DNA from: Alphaproteobacteria bacterium | Lineage (GTDB): Bacteria > Pseudomonadota > Alphaproteobacteria > CALKHQ01 | DNA: 64,000 nt | Direction: 5' to 3' | NCBI GenBank assembly: GCA_965227515.1 | Contig: CBDDFZ010000002.1 | Location: forward strand, 800,001 to 864,000 | Shown: positions 19,366 through 29,485 of the stretch, piece after piece | Layout of the letters: the number at the start of each line of letters is the position of its first letter | Numbering within the stretch: the stretch's first letter is position 1 | Position numbers and translations under genes: made by a program | Notes under the pieces: generated by a model | What the model was told of the DNA's origin: nothing | The model's database searches: none | What the model saw: only the letters and a program-made list of their open reading frames with translations

Positions 19366-20988
19366 TCAGCGCGCCAGGCGCCAGCGGCTGACCAGATCGC
19401 TCATGAAGTCGCCGTCGCTGACGTCCGACTGCCAGGCGGATGTGAACGACGCCGTGCCGCTGCGCGGTCGCTTCTCCGGCGGAAGCTCGTCGAAGCGCAT
19501 CCGCAGCGGCACCGCCACGCCTTCGCCGAGCGCGATCGCCTCGCCGTTCAGCAATGACGGCAGCAGGTCGAGCAGGCCGCCGCTCCAGTCCGGCATGCCG
19601 CCGCGCACGAATTCCTGGTCGGTGCGGCTGGTCAGGCGCATGGAGAACACGGTGTTGCACTGGGACAATGCCTGAATTGCCAGGTCCGACGGCCGCTGGC
19701 TGACGATGCCGAGCGACAGGCCGTACTTGCGGCCCTCCTTGGCGATGCGCGACAGGGCGCGCTTCGTCGGCTCGAAGCCCAGCCGGGTCTGCTCGGGGAT
19801 GTAGCGGTGGGCTTCCTCGCAAACCAGCAGGATCGGCATCGCACGGTCGCAGAAGAACGCAAAATCGAAGGTCAGCCGCGCCAGCACCGAGACGACGATG
19901 TTGATCACCTCGGACGGGATCGATGACATGTCGATGATGGTGATCGGCTTGCCGTCGACCGGCACCCGGAACAATTGCGACAGGATGGCGGCCATGTTGT
20001 CGCGCAGCGACAGCCCGGTCGGGAACATGAACCGGTAGCGCGGGTCGGCCTTGAACGACGACAGCTTGCCCTTCAGGCGCATGTATGGCGTCAGGGACTC
20101 CGCCTTGTCCAGCCGGCCCATCTCGTCCTCGAGCGCCTTGAACACGTCGGAGATGCGGTAGGGGACGGGCGAGTCCACGGTGAGCTGGCCGCCGGCCTTC
20201 TCGTCGTTGCCGACGAAATTGCGCTTCGCGGCGACGATCAGCTCGGACAGGATCGAGACTTCGGCGACAGCGTCCTGCTCCGGTGACTGGATCTGCATCA
20301 CCGCGGCCGACAATTCCTCAAGATTGAACAGCCAGTACGGCAGTTTCAGGTTGGTGACGTCGATCAGTTCCGCCATGTCCTTGAAGGCGGCGGCGTACTC
20401 GTTGTGCGGGTCCAGCAGCACCACGTGCGCGTTGGGGTTCGCCTCCAGGATGCGGTGCAGGATCAGCGCCGTGGCGCAGGACTTGCCGGTGCCGGTCGAG
20501 CCGAGCACGGCGAAGTGCTTGCCGAGCAGGTCGTCGGGCGCGGCGCAGGCCGGGATGGATGGGTCGTGGAACACCCCGCCCAGGCGGATCGTCGCCTTGT
20601 CCGGCAGGCTGTAGACGCGCGAGATATCCTCCGACGTCGCGACCATGACCGGTGCGCCGACCGCCGGCAGATGCGACACGCCGCGCTGGAACTTCATCTC
20701 GCCATGGCCGGGGGAAGACTTGGGGGATTCGCCCAGCAACTCCAGCTCGGCAAACACGAAAGTGGACTGGTCGGGGTCGACGCTGGGAGTCGGCATGGTG
20801 ACACCGGTCACCAGACCGAAGATCCAGGTGTCGCCGGCCGAGATGCGTGCCAGCATGCCGGCCCGCAACGCCGTGTCGCTGCCGGGTGCGGCCTCGTCGT
20901 CCAGCAAGACGACCACTTCCGAACCGGTGATACTGGCGACGCGACCGACGATCATTTCGTCGATGGCACGTGCCGCTCCGCCATCCAT
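19366..20988 (-). CDS. HerA/FtsK-superfamily ATPase (DUF87/HerA-like) with N-terminal HAS-barrel-like domain
   Basis: VGRVASITGS beta-rich N-terminus; KHFAVLGSTGTGKS (Walker A), LLDPHNEY, LVCEEAHRY (Walker B), RIAKEGRKYG and SQRP (arginine finger); GGAG RBS. Confidence 0.9.
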   Translation of the reverse strand: MDGGAARAIDEMIVGRVASITGSEVVVLLDDEAAPGSDTALRAGMLARISAGDTWIFGLVTGVTMPTPSVDPDQSTFVFAELELLGESPKSSPGHGEMKFQRGVSHLPAVGAPVMVATSEDISRVYSLPDKATIRLGGVFHDPSIPACAAPDDLLGKHFAVLGSTGTGKSCATALILHRILEANPNAHVVLLDPHNEYAAAFKDMAELIDVTNLKLPYWLFNLEELSAAVMQIQSPEQDAVAEVSILSELIVAAKRNFVGNDEKAGGQLTVDSPVPYRISDVFKALEDEMGRLDKAESLTPYMRLKGKLSSFKADPRYRFMFPTGLSLRDNMAAILSQLFRVPVDGKPITIIDMSSIPSEVINIVVSVLARLTFDFAFFCDRAMPILLVCEEAHRYIPEQTRLGFEPTKRALSRIAKEGRKYGLSLGIVSQRPSDLAIQALSQCNTVFSMRLTSRTDQEFVRGGMPDWSGGLLDLLPSLLNGEAIALGEGVAVPLRMRFDELPPEKRPRSGTASFTSAWQSDVSDGDFMSDLVSRWRLAR

Positions 20989-21066
20989 GGCTGCTCCAAT
21001 TATCGGCTCGCGCGAAATGAAAATATATGGGGGGGGCGCGTGCCCCTTCGCGCTGTCTGAATTCTC

Positions 21067-21092
21067 CTAAAATGTACCTAAAACTCTATTAA
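21067..21092 (-). promoter_or_regulatory. Putative tandem CtrA-type site upstream of the HerA-GGDEF/EAL operon
   Basis: CTAA-AATGTAC-CTAA-AACTCTA-TTAA on +, i.e. TTAA-N7-TTAG-N7-TTAG on the coding strand, in an AT-rich island. Confidence 0.5.
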
Positions 21093-21136
21093 ATGGGCGG
21101 CGGAACGGGTTGCCGGCGGCTGGGTCGGAACCGCGC

Positions 21137-22096
21137 TCAACGCCGGACCGCGCGCGGGTCCAATGCGTCCTGCAGGCCATCGCCCAGGAAGTTGAACGCG
21201 ATCACGGTGACGAAGATCGCGAGCCCGGGGAAGATCGCCAGGGTCGGCGCGCGCGATGCGTATTCCTGCGCGTTGGTCAGCATCCCGCCCCAACTCGGGA
21301 TCTGCGGCGGGATGCCCAGGCCCAGATAGCTGAGCACGCTTTCGGTCAGGATGATGCCGCCGATCGACAGCGTCGTTGCCACCACCAGCGGCGAGATCGC
21401 GTTCGGCAGCACATGGCGCCAGATGATGCGCGCGTCGCTGGCGCCCAGCGCCTTGGCCGCGCGCACGAATTCGCGCTCGCGCAGGGAAAGCGTCGCGCCA
21501 CGCACGAGGCGGGCGACGGTGGTCCAGCCGAACAGGCTGATGATGATGATGATCCGCCACACCCCGGCGGACTCGTCGCTGGCGATATCGGCCGGGATGC
21601 CGAGCTTGGTCAAGTCCAGGGCGGCCAGGATGATCAGTACCGGCAGCAGAGGCAGGGCGATCACGCCGTCGGTGATGCGCATCAGGAGGGAGTCCGTGCG
21701 CCCGCCGTAGTAGCCGGCGACGACCCCGATGACGGCGCCGATCACACTGGCCACCAGCGCCGACATCACGCCGACGAACAATGAGATCTGACCGGCCTCC
21801 AGCATGCGCACGAACACGTCGCGCCCGGCGGCGTCGGTGCCGAGCAGGTGCTCGTCGGACGGTGCCGCGTACTGGTTGAACAGGTCGACGGTATAGCCGT
21901 CGTGGCCGACCCAGGCCGCGAACAGGGGGGCTGCCAGCGACAACAGGGCCATGATCACGATGACGACCAGGCTGATCACGGCGGGCGGGTGGTGCAGGAA
22001 GCGGCGCCAGAACCCCTCGCGCATCAGCACGGCGGTCGCATCGGGTGCGGCTGCGTTGGCGCGGCTGAGTTCGGAGTGCATCTGCGCCATTGTCAC
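21137..22096 (-). CDS. Peptide ABC transporter permease (OppC/DppC-like)
   Basis: HLLGTDAAGRDV, EFVRAAKALGAS, HVLPNA, SWGGML, FNFLGDGLQDALDPR. Confidence 0.93.
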   Translation of the reverse strand: MTMAQMHSELSRANAAAPDATAVLMREGFWRRFLHHPPAVISLVVIVIMALLSLAAPLFAAWVGHDGYTVDLFNQYAAPSDEHLLGTDAAGRDVFVRMLEAGQISLFVGVMSALVASVIGAVIGVVAGYYGGRTDSLLMRITDGVIALPLLPVLIILAALDLTKLGIPADIASDESAGVWRIIIIISLFGWTTVARLVRGATLSLREREFVRAAKALGASDARIIWRHVLPNAISPLVVATTLSIGGIILTESVLSYLGLGIPPQIPSWGGMLTNAQEYASRAPTLAIFPGLAIFVTVIAFNFLGDGLQDALDPRAVRR

Positions 22097-23046
22097 TGCA
22101 GCTTCACGCGTGGGTCGAGGTAGCTGTACGCGAGATCGGCCATCAGATTGGCCAGCAGGATCGCCACTGTCGTAAGCAGCAGGGCAGCCAGCGCCAGATT
22201 GTAGTCATTGCCCATGATGGCGTCATAGATCGTGCGGCCCATGCCGGGGTAGGAGAACACCTGCTCGGTGATCAGCGCGCCGGAAAACAGGGTGCCGAAG
22301 TCCAGCGCCATGATGGTGACGATGGGGATCATCGCGTTGCGCAGCGCGTGGTTGCGCACGACGCCCAGTGTCGAGAGGCCCTTGGCACGTGCCGTGCGCA
22401 CATAGTCCTGGCGCATCGCCTCGATCATCGCGGCGCGGGCGTGGCGGGTGTAGACGGTCAGGCTCGCCACCGTCAGCGCCATCACCGGCAGCACCTGATA
22501 GCTCGCCCAGCCCAGGAAGCCGTCGCGGGCGATGGACCCGCCGCCGGAGGGCGGTAGCAGGTGCCATGTCACCGAGAACAGCAGCATCAACAGTAATGCG
22601 AGCCAGAACGACGGCACCGAGATGCCGGCAAAGCAGAGCAGGTTGACGACGTAGTCGGTGATCGATTGCGGCTTCAGCGCCGCCGCGATGCCGGCGGGGA
22701 TCGCGATTGCCAGCGCCAGCACGAAGCTGAGGCCGAGCAGGATCATCGTGTTGCCGAGGCGAGGCAGCAGGATGTCCATCACCGGTACGCGGTAGGTGCG
22801 GGAATAACCGAACTCACCCTGCAGCAGGTCGCTTGCCCAGTTGGCGTAGCGCACGACCAGGGGCTGGCCCAGGCCGTAGCGTTCCTTCAGCCGCTCGGCA
22901 TCGGCCGCGGTCAGGTCCGGGTTCGACTGCACCATGACGTCGATGGGGTCGCCGGGCATCAGCCCGATCAGCACATAGATCAGGAACGAGACGATGACGA
23001 CGAGGGCGACGACGCCCAGCAAGCGCCTGGCCAGATAGGCGTACAT
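22093..23046 (-). CDS. Peptide ABC transporter permease (OppB/DppB-like)
   Basis: MPGDP, DYVRTARAKGL, HALRNA, EQVFSYPGMG, YSYLDPRV. Confidence 0.93.
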   Translation of the reverse strand: MYAYLARRLLGVVALVVIVSFLIYVLIGLMPGDPIDVMVQSNPDLTAADAERLKERYGLGQPLVVRYANWASDLLQGEFGYSRTYRVPVMDILLPRLGNTMILLGLSFVLALAIAIPAGIAAALKPQSITDYVVNLLCFAGISVPSFWLALLLMLLFSVTWHLLPPSGGGSIARDGFLGWASYQVLPVMALTVASLTVYTRHARAAMIEAMRQDYVRTARAKGLSTLGVVRNHALRNAMIPIVTIMALDFGTLFSGALITEQVFSYPGMGRTIYDAIMGNDYNLALAALLLTTVAILLANLMADLAYSYLDPRVKLQ

Positions 23047-23091
23047 GCGCGGCGGTGCGGTGCGATGCGTGGGCTGCGGTGAGACGCGGCC

Positions 23092-24777
23092 CTATTCGGC
23101 GCGCCGCCAGTTCTCCACCCACAGCGTGCTCGGCCCCATGTGGCCGGTCGGCGTTATCCCTTCCAGCCACGGCGCCATCACGAACGGCTGTGCGCGGAAG
23201 TAGAGCGGCAGTACCGGTAATTCCTCGGAGTAGATCACCTGCAGCCGGTCCCACAATTCCTGCCGGGCCGGCTCGTCGCACACGACCTCCAGATCGTCGA
23301 TGATCTGGTCGACCTCGGTGTTGGTGAAACCGGTGTAGTTCTGGCCCGCCCAATTGTTCTCCTCGGTCGGGACCATGGTGGAGTGCAGCGTGGTGCGGGG
23401 AATGTTGTTGGGCGCGCTGATCCAGGCGAACATCGCCATGGAGTCGAACTGGCGCTGGCCGATGGTCTGGCCGAACAGCACCCGCGCCGGCTCGTTCTTG
23501 ATCCGCACGTCGACGCCGACGTCGCGCCACTGGCTCTGCAGCACCTGCTGCACCAGCTCGCGAGTGGTGTTGCCGGCGGTCGTCATGATCGTCAGCGTCA
23601 TCTCGTCGCCGGCGGCATTGGTGCGGACGTCGTTGCCCGGTTCCAGGGTCCAGCCGGCCTCGTCCAGCATCTGGGCGGCGAGTTGCGGATCGTAGGGGTA
23701 GATCGGCACCACGTCGTTGTAGACTGAGTCCAGCGGGTTGATGTTGGAATGCGCCACCGGCTGCTCGCCGGCGAAGAGCTGGGTGGAGATCGCCTCGCGG
23801 TCGATGGCGTGCAGCAACGCGCGGCGCACATTCAGGTCAGCCAGGATCGGGTTTTCCAGGTTCAGGTCGACGTGCTCGTAGAGCAGGGACGGCTGGTAAA
23901 CGATGGCGTAGTCGTCGCCGTGCGCCTGCTCGAAGGCCAGGGTCTGGTCCAGCGACAGGCCGTCCTCGCCGGCGATGTAGTCGATCTCGCCGGCCAAGAG
24001 ATTGGCCTCCATCGCGGGGGTGCTCTCGATCACCTTGAAGCGGATGGAGTCGAAGAACGGCGCCTCGCCCCACCAGTGGGGGTTGCGCTCAAGGTAGATG
24101 TTGGCGCCGGGCTCGATCTCGACCACGCGATAGGGGCCGTACCAGAGCGCCGCGTTGGCGGTGTCGGTGTCGTAGAGGTTGCGCTCCGGATAGGCCTCGG
24201 GTGCTGCCTCGAACACCTCACGCTCCAGATGTGCGGGGATCAGGTCGAAGTTGTTGATGCCCTGGTAGTTGCAGCTGACGTTGTCGGTCTGCAGGGTGAA
24301 GGTCTTGTCGTCGACAACTTCGATATCAACGATGTCGTTGGCGAACAGCTCGAAGTTGATGACGCCGGACTGCGGGTGCCGCCCGACCTCCCAGGTGTAC
24401 ATTACATCCTCGGTGGTGATGGGCGTGCCGTCGCCCCACACAGCCTCGGGCAGCAGGGTATAGGTCACGGCCCAGCCTTCGCCGCCGCCAAGCTCCTCGG
24501 GAATCTCGCGCACCTCGGCGCGGCCGTTCTCCTCCGTCGGCAATTCGGTGCAAAGGAAGCACATCAGCTCCCAGTCGGTACCGTACTCGGTGATCGGCCG
24601 CCGGGTCATGCCGTGCACCAGCGATTGCACCACGTGCGCTTCGGTCAACGGGTTGAAGCTGGACGGGTATTGCCCCACGCCGATCACCAGCTCGCCATCG
24701 GCCATAACCCCGGAAGCACCCCCGGCGATTGCCGCGGTCATGGCGGTGGCGGAAAGGATGGATCGGCGGATCGTCAT
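23092..24777 (-). CDS. Peptide ABC transporter substrate-binding protein (family 5)
   Basis: Signal peptide, WGDGTPITTEDV, GPYRV, VRRALLHAIDRE, LPVLPLY. Confidence 0.92.
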   Translation of the reverse strand: MTIRRSILSATAMTAAIAGGASGVMADGELVIGVGQYPSSFNPLTEAHVVQSLVHGMTRRPITEYGTDWELMCFLCTELPTEENGRAEVREIPEELGGGEGWAVTYTLLPEAVWGDGTPITTEDVMYTWEVGRHPQSGVINFELFANDIVDIEVVDDKTFTLQTDNVSCNYQGINNFDLIPAHLEREVFEAAPEAYPERNLYDTDTANAALWYGPYRVVEIEPGANIYLERNPHWWGEAPFFDSIRFKVIESTPAMEANLLAGEIDYIAGEDGLSLDQTLAFEQAHGDDYAIVYQPSLLYEHVDLNLENPILADLNVRRALLHAIDREAISTQLFAGEQPVAHSNINPLDSVYNDVVPIYPYDPQLAAQMLDEAGWTLEPGNDVRTNAAGDEMTLTIMTTAGNTTRELVQQVLQSQWRDVGVDVRIKNEPARVLFGQTIGQRQFDSMAMFAWISAPNNIPRTTLHSTMVPTEENNWAGQNYTGFTNTEVDQIIDDLEVVCDEPARQELWDRLQVIYSEELPVLPLYFRAQPFVMAPWLEGITPTGHMGPSTLWVENWRRAE

Positions 24778-24917
24778 GGCTCACCCCTGCGCAGTGGTCA
24801 TTGTTGCGGCTGCGGTCGCCTGGCCGGCGACCGCCGCTTCCGTCATGATCCCGTAATAGCGCGATTGGGGCGAGCCGTCACATCAGTTGATCGGCATGAG
24901 ATCCGTCATCCTGGAAC

Positions 24918-25763
24918 TCAATGCGCCATCAGCACCGGCACGGTCATCGACTGCAGGATGGTGTGGCTCGCGCCGCCGAACACCCACTCGCGGAAGCGGG
25001 AGTGGCCATAGGCGCCCATCACCAGCATGTCGATGCCCTTGTCGGCCACCCAGGACAGCAATGCCTCGCCGATGCCGATATCCGGTTGCGGCAGCGCCTC
25101 GACCTCGCATTCGATCCCGCGGCGGGCAAGGTGCAGGGCCAGTTCGGCCCCCGGCACGCCATCGAAGGCGCTTTCGTGGCTGCCCCCCGGGCCTGCGAAC
25201 GAGACCACGTGCACACGCTTGGCTGCCGCCAGCAGCGGCGTGGCGGTGCCGACGGCGCGCGCGGCTTCGCGCGATCCGTTCCAGGCAATGGCGACTTCGT
25301 CGCCGACATGCGCCTGCTGGCCGGCATAGGGGATCGTCAGCACCGGCCGGCCCGACGACATCACCAGATCCTGCCATATGTCCACGCGATCGCGCTGGCC
25401 GCGCTGGGGTTGGCTGATAACAGTCAGGTCGCCGACGCAAAGGAACTGAACCGCCGGATCGTGCCTGAACCCGCCGAAGACGCGAACGTCGTAGGCGAGG
25501 CCGGTGTCCTTCATCCGGGTATCGAATGCCTGCCCGGCAGCCTCCGCATCGGTCTCAACCGCGCGCTCGGCCGACGTCACCAGTTCGGCGCTGATGGCCG
25601 CGTCGGTCACCATCGGCATCGAAATCTGCGGCCGGATGTACACCCCGGTCAGGTGCGCTTCATGGCGTTGGGCCAGCCGCACCGCGTAGTCGACCGTCGC
25701 GGATTGCGCGTCGTCACTGTCAATGATGACGTTGATATCTTTCAGACCGCCATATGTCGCCAT
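24918..25763 (-). CDS. Universal stress protein (tandem USP domains)
   Basis: SGRPVL, AWNGSREAARAV, LVMGAYGHSRFREWVFGGASHTIL..PVLMAH. Confidence 0.92.
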   Translation of the reverse strand: MATYGGLKDINVIIDSDDAQSATVDYAVRLAQRHEAHLTGVYIRPQISMPMVTDAAISAELVTSAERAVETDAEAAGQAFDTRMKDTGLAYDVRVFGGFRHDPAVQFLCVGDLTVISQPQRGQRDRVDIWQDLVMSSGRPVLTIPYAGQQAHVGDEVAIAWNGSREAARAVGTATPLLAAAKRVHVVSFAGPGGSHESAFDGVPGAELALHLARRGIECEVEALPQPDIGIGEALLSWVADKGIDMLVMGAYGHSRFREWVFGGASHTILQSMTVPVLMAH

Positions 25764-25940
25764 GGTCGTGCCCCTTCTTGTTGTGCGTCCGAATCAAACG
25801 TTGTCACCGCCGCGGCAGGACGCAAGACGCTCAGCAGCGCCTTGTTGTCGCAATCCGTCAAGCAATCGTTGTCAGATATTTTACCAGAAACCATTGTAAG
25901 GACCTGATACTGAAAGCTGTTGGATAGCGCAGACCCTGCC

Positions 25941-27224
25941 ATGAAGACGCGTGTGCATGCCGTGACCGAGAAGACGACCACCGCCAACACCACCGACTAC
26001 CAGGCCGCGTTCGCTGCCGCGGTCGAAAATATCCGCAATGAGGGCAACTACCGGGTGTTCGCGGATATCGAGCGACACGCCGGCAGGTTCCCGTGCGCGC
26101 GCTACCACGGCACCCAGCAGAATGACGATCTGGGCACCGTCGGCGCCGAGGTGACGGTGTGGTGCTCCAACGACTATCTGGGCATGGGCCAGCATCCGGC
26201 GGTGCTGGAGGCGATGATCGACGCGGTGCAGCGCTGCGGCGCCGGCGCCGGCGGCACCCGCAACATTGCCGGCACCAACCATTTCCACACCCTGCTGGAG
26301 CGCGAGCTGGCCAGCCTGCACGGGGCCGAGGCCGCGCTGCTGTTCACCTCCGGCTACGTCGCCAACCAGGCGACCCTGTCGACCCTGGGCAAGCTGCTGC
26401 CGAACGCCGTCTTCCTGTCGGACGCGCTGAACCACGCCTCGATGATCCACGGCATCCGCGACAGCCGGTGCGAGAAGCAGGTGTTCCGGCACAACGACCT
26501 GGACGACCTGGAGCGCCGGCTGGCGGCGCTGGACCCGGCGCGGCCGAAGGTGATCGCGTTCGAATCGGTCTACTCGATGGACGGTGACATCGCGCCGCTG
26601 GCCGCGATCTGCGACCTGGCGGACAAGTACGGGGCCATGACCTATCTGGACGAGGTCCACGCGGTGGGCATGTACGGCGAGCACGGCGGCGGCGTTGCCG
26701 AGCGTGACGGCGTGCTCGACCGGCTGACCATCATCAACGGCACGCTCGCCAAGGCGTTCGGCACCATCGGCGGCTATATCACTGGCAGCGCGGCCCTGGT
26801 CGACGCCATCCGGTCCTACGCGCCGGGGTTCATCTTCACGACGGCCCTGGCGCCGGTGATGGCGGCCGGCGCGCTCGCCAGCGTGCGCCACGTGCGCATG
26901 TCGCCGGAACTGCGCGTGGCCCATCAGGAACGCGCCGCCACCCTGAAGCGCAAGCTCGCCGCGGCCCACCTGCCGGTGATGCCGTCGGAAAGCCATATCG
27001 TACCGGTGCTGGTGGGCGACCCGGTGCGCTGCAAGCAGGTGACCGACATCCTGATGGATGAGTTCGGCATCTACGTGCAGCCGATCAACTATCCGACCGT
27101 GCCGCGCGGGACCGAGCGGCTGCGCCTGACGCCGAGCCCGCTGCACGACGACGCGCTGATGGACCGGCTGGTGGCCGCCCTCAGCGAGATCTGGGCGCGG
27201 CTGGAGTTGCGGCCGGCGGCCTAG
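25941..27224 (+). CDS. hemA: 5-aminolevulinate synthase
   Basis: [51 protein letters not shown] (PLP Lys), INYPTVP. Confidence 0.96.
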   Translation: MKTRVHAVTEKTTTANTTDYQAAFAAAVENIRNEGNYRVFADIERHAGRFPCARYHGTQQNDDLGTVGAEVTVWCSNDYLGMGQHPAVLEAMIDAVQRCGAGAGGTRNIAGTNHFHTLLERELASLHGAEAALLFTSGYVANQATLSTLGKLLPNAVFLSDALNHASMIHGIRDSRCEKQVFRHNDLDDLERRLAALDPARPKVIAFESVYSMDGDIAPLAAICDLADKYGAMTYLDEVHAVGMYGEHGGGVAERDGVLDRLTIINGTLAKAFGTIGGYITGSAALVDAIRSYAPGFIFTTALAPVMAAGALASVRHVRMSPELRVAHQERAATLKRKLAAAHLPVMPSESHIVPVLVGDPVRCKQVTDILMDEFGIYVQPINYPTVPRGTERLRLTPSPLHDDALMDRLVAALSEIWARLELRPAA

Positions 27225-27251
27225 CAACTCGCCCGGTGTGTCCGCCGTCGC

Positions 27252-27282
27252 TTGACTTAACGTAAGTCCATTCTTACATAAT
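27252..27282 (+). promoter_or_regulatory. Sigma70-like promoter with overlapping inverted-repeat operator for the ArsR gene
   Basis: TTGACT (27252)-17 nt-TACATA; GTAAG-N6-CTTAC palindrome at 27262-27277; no RBS, so possibly leaderless from ATG 27287. Confidence 0.55.
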
Positions 27283-27631
27283 GGCGATGGACGCTGCCCT
27301 GAAGGCCATTGCCGACCCGCAACGCCGCGAAATTCTGCGTTTGGTGCACGACCGTGAGCTGACGGCCGGTGCGGTCGCCGGCCATTTCAGCGTCAGCCGA
27401 CCGGCCATTTCCCAGCACCTGCGGGTTCTGATCGATGCCGACCTGGTTTCGGTGCGGCGCGAGGGGACGCGCCGGTACTATTCCGCGCGCGTTGACACGG
27501 TGGACAATCTGAAACGCTTCCTGGACCGGTTCTGGGAGCACAAGCTCGACAAGCTGAAAACCGCGGCGGAGGCTGCGGAACGTGCCAAACGGTCCGGCGG
27601 ACCGGCGGCCGCGAACGAGGAGGACGACTGA
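27281..27631 (+). CDS. ArsR/SmtB family transcriptional regulator
   Basis: IADPQRREIL, VSRPAISQHLRVL, RREGTRRYY. Confidence 0.92.
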   Translation: MAMDAALKAIADPQRREILRLVHDRELTAGAVAGHFSVSRPAISQHLRVLIDADLVSVRREGTRRYYSARVDTVDNLKRFLDRFWEHKLDKLKTAAEAAERAKRSGGPAAANEEDD

Positions 27632-28098
27632 TGTCGGACATGGCAGCAGCGGACGCCGATGCCGGCGATGCGGTGGTGCGCGAGATCTGGGTCGCGGCAA
27701 AGCCGGACACGGTGTTTCCGTTCCTGACCGACGCCTCCAAGATCACCGAATGGATGGGCGAGAGCGCCGAGATCGACCCACGGCCTGGCGGCAAGTTCCG
27801 CGTTGCCGTTCACCACAATTCAATCGCCAGCGGCGAGATGATCGAGATCGACCGGCCCAAGCGGGTTGTGTTCTCCTGGGGCTGGGAGGGCGGCGAGATC
27901 GTGCCGCCCGGGGCGAGCACGGTCGAGGTCACCCTGACCGACGAGAACGACGGCACCCGGGTCCGCCTGGTCCATCGCGGCCTCAGCGGCGAGCCGGCCA
28001 AGCAGCACGGCATCGGCTGGGCGCATTATCTGGAGCGGCTGGGGATCGCGGCCGGTGGCGGCGATGCGGGGCCCGATCCCTGGAACAAGAAAGACTGA
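27631..28098 (+). CDS. SRPBCC/AHSA1 domain protein
   Basis: DPRPGG, VFSWGWE, STVEVTL, GTRVRLVH, GWAHYLERL; translationally coupled to ArsR. Confidence 0.9.
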   Translation: MSDMAAADADAGDAVVREIWVAAKPDTVFPFLTDASKITEWMGESAEIDPRPGGKFRVAVHHNSIASGEMIEIDRPKRVVFSWGWEGGEIVPPGASTVEVTLTDENDGTRVRLVHRGLSGEPAKQHGIGWAHYLERLGIAAGGGDAGPDPWNKKD

Positions 28099-28104
28099 CC
28101 GCCT

Positions 28105-28731
28105 GTGTCGGACTATCTGCCGGAGCTGTTGCTGGCTTGGTCGATCCAGTGGATGGGCGTCATATCGCCTGGGCCGAGCGTGGCACTGTTGTTGGGCGTG
28201 GCCACCACGCAGGGGCGCGCCGCCTCCATTGTGACTGCGTTCGGCATCGCCTGCGCGTCCATCGTCCTGTCGCTGGCGACGGTCCTGGGTATCACCGCCG
28301 CGTTCGCGCAGGTCGCCGATATCATGACGGTGATCCGCATCGTCGGTGCGGCCTATCTGGCTTGGCTGGCCTACAAGGCGTTTCGCCGCGCGGCCACGCC
28401 GCCGCAGATCGGGGCAGTGGCCATGCCCGCGCGCAGCGCGTGGCGCACCGGCCTGACCGGCTTTGTGCTGCAGTTGTCCAACCCGAAAGCGATCTTTTTC
28501 TGGTTGGCGATCGCGGCGGTCGGCGGACTGGCCACGGCACCATGGCCGGTTATTGCCGTGTTCGTCGTGATTGCGTTCGTCAACTCGTTCGTCGGCCACG
28601 GCGCCTATGCGTGGGTGCTCTCCTCGGCGCCGATCCGCAAGGTCTACGACCGCATTCGTCGTTGGATCGACGCCACGCTCGGCTGCTTTTTCGCGTTCGC
28701 CAGCTACAAGCTTGCGACCGAGAAACTCTAA
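28105..28731 (+). CDS. LysE/RhtB family exporter
   Basis: ISPGPS, GAAYLAWLA, QLSNPKAIFF. Confidence 0.9.
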   Translation: MSDYLPELLLAWSIQWMGVISPGPSVALLLGVATTQGRAASIVTAFGIACASIVLSLATVLGITAAFAQVADIMTVIRIVGAAYLAWLAYKAFRRAATPPQIGAVAMPARSAWRTGLTGFVLQLSNPKAIFFWLAIAAVGGLATAPWPVIAVFVVIAFVNSFVGHGAYAWVLSSAPIRKVYDRIRRWIDATLGCFFAFASYKLATEKL

Positions 28732-28737
28732 ACAGCG

Positions 28738-29349
28738 CTACCGGCTGGCGATGGTGGCGGCCGCCGCGCCCATGGCGGAGGCACCGACCCGGTTGGCGAT
28801 GCGCATGGCGCGCGGGGTGCGCAGCAGCCGGCGGGCCTTGTGCGCCAGCGCCACCCAGCTTAGGTCTACCACGGCCAAGCATGCCAAGGTGGCCATCGCG
28901 GCGATGGCCCAGTCGCCGACCGTGACCGACCCAAGGTCGATCAGCGTCGGCAGCAGCGCCAGGTAGAAAACCACGATTTTCGGGTTGCCCAGGGTCAGCG
29001 CCATGCCGGCCGCGAACATCGACCAGCGGGCGCGCCGCTGCGGCAGGGCCGGCGCATCGGGCTCCGGTCGCTGGTGCCACATCTTCCACGCCAGCCAGCA
29101 TAGATAGGCGACGCCGAGGTATTTCAGGATCACGAACCCGGTGTGGAACGTCTCGGCGAGCGTCGACAGCCCGGCCATCGCCATGGTCAGCCAGATCACC
29201 TCGCCCAGCCACATCGCCGCCAGGAACGGCGTGACGTCGCGCCACCCCCGGGCCAGCACCCGGGCGACCAGGGCAGCCACGCTGGGGCCGGGGCTTCCGG
29301 CGTTCAGCAGCAACGCGACGCAGAACAGGGCGAGCGACAACGGTTCCAT
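28738..29349 (-). CDS. LysE/RhtB family exporter
   Basis: SPGPSV, KYLGVAYLCWLAWKMW, LGNPKIVVFY. Confidence 0.9.
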   Translation of the reverse strand: MEPLSLALFCVALLLNAGSPGPSVAALVARVLARGWRDVTPFLAAMWLGEVIWLTMAMAGLSTLAETFHTGFVILKYLGVAYLCWLAWKMWHQRPEPDAPALPQRRARWSMFAAGMALTLGNPKIVVFYLALLPTLIDLGSVTVGDWAIAAMATLACLAVVDLSWVALAHKARRLLRTPRAMRIANRVGASAMGAAAATIASR

Positions 29350-29485
29350 GGCCGTTACCCATAGAACCCGCCCGCGCGACGATCAATCGGTGATTGCTCA
29401 GGTCGGCCCGTGCCTCGATTGACTTGCGATGCGCCATGCCCCACCCTGCCGGGCGAGACCCAATCCCAACATTTCGCAGATTCCG

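Noticed and set aside
19343-19822. Longer N-terminus for the GGDEF/EAL ORF suggesting fusion or overlap with HerA
   Set aside because: It is an alternative frame of the HerA 3' end with Arg/Pro-rich junk composition; ATG 19342 is more plausible.
19366-20988. HerA as an anti-phage (Sir2-HerA, Nezha-type) or NurA repair system
   Set aside because: No nuclease, sirtuin or NurA gene is adjacent, composition is host-like and there is no defence-island context.
19366-24777. HerA acting as the missing ATPase of the peptide ABC transporter
   Set aside because: It has no ABC signature and has its own upstream AT-rich region; OppD/F-type genes are often encoded elsewhere.
25770-25940. FNR or Irr boxes between usp and hemA
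   Set aside because: Only half-matches (ATCAA alone; GAAACCATTGTAA with several mismatches).
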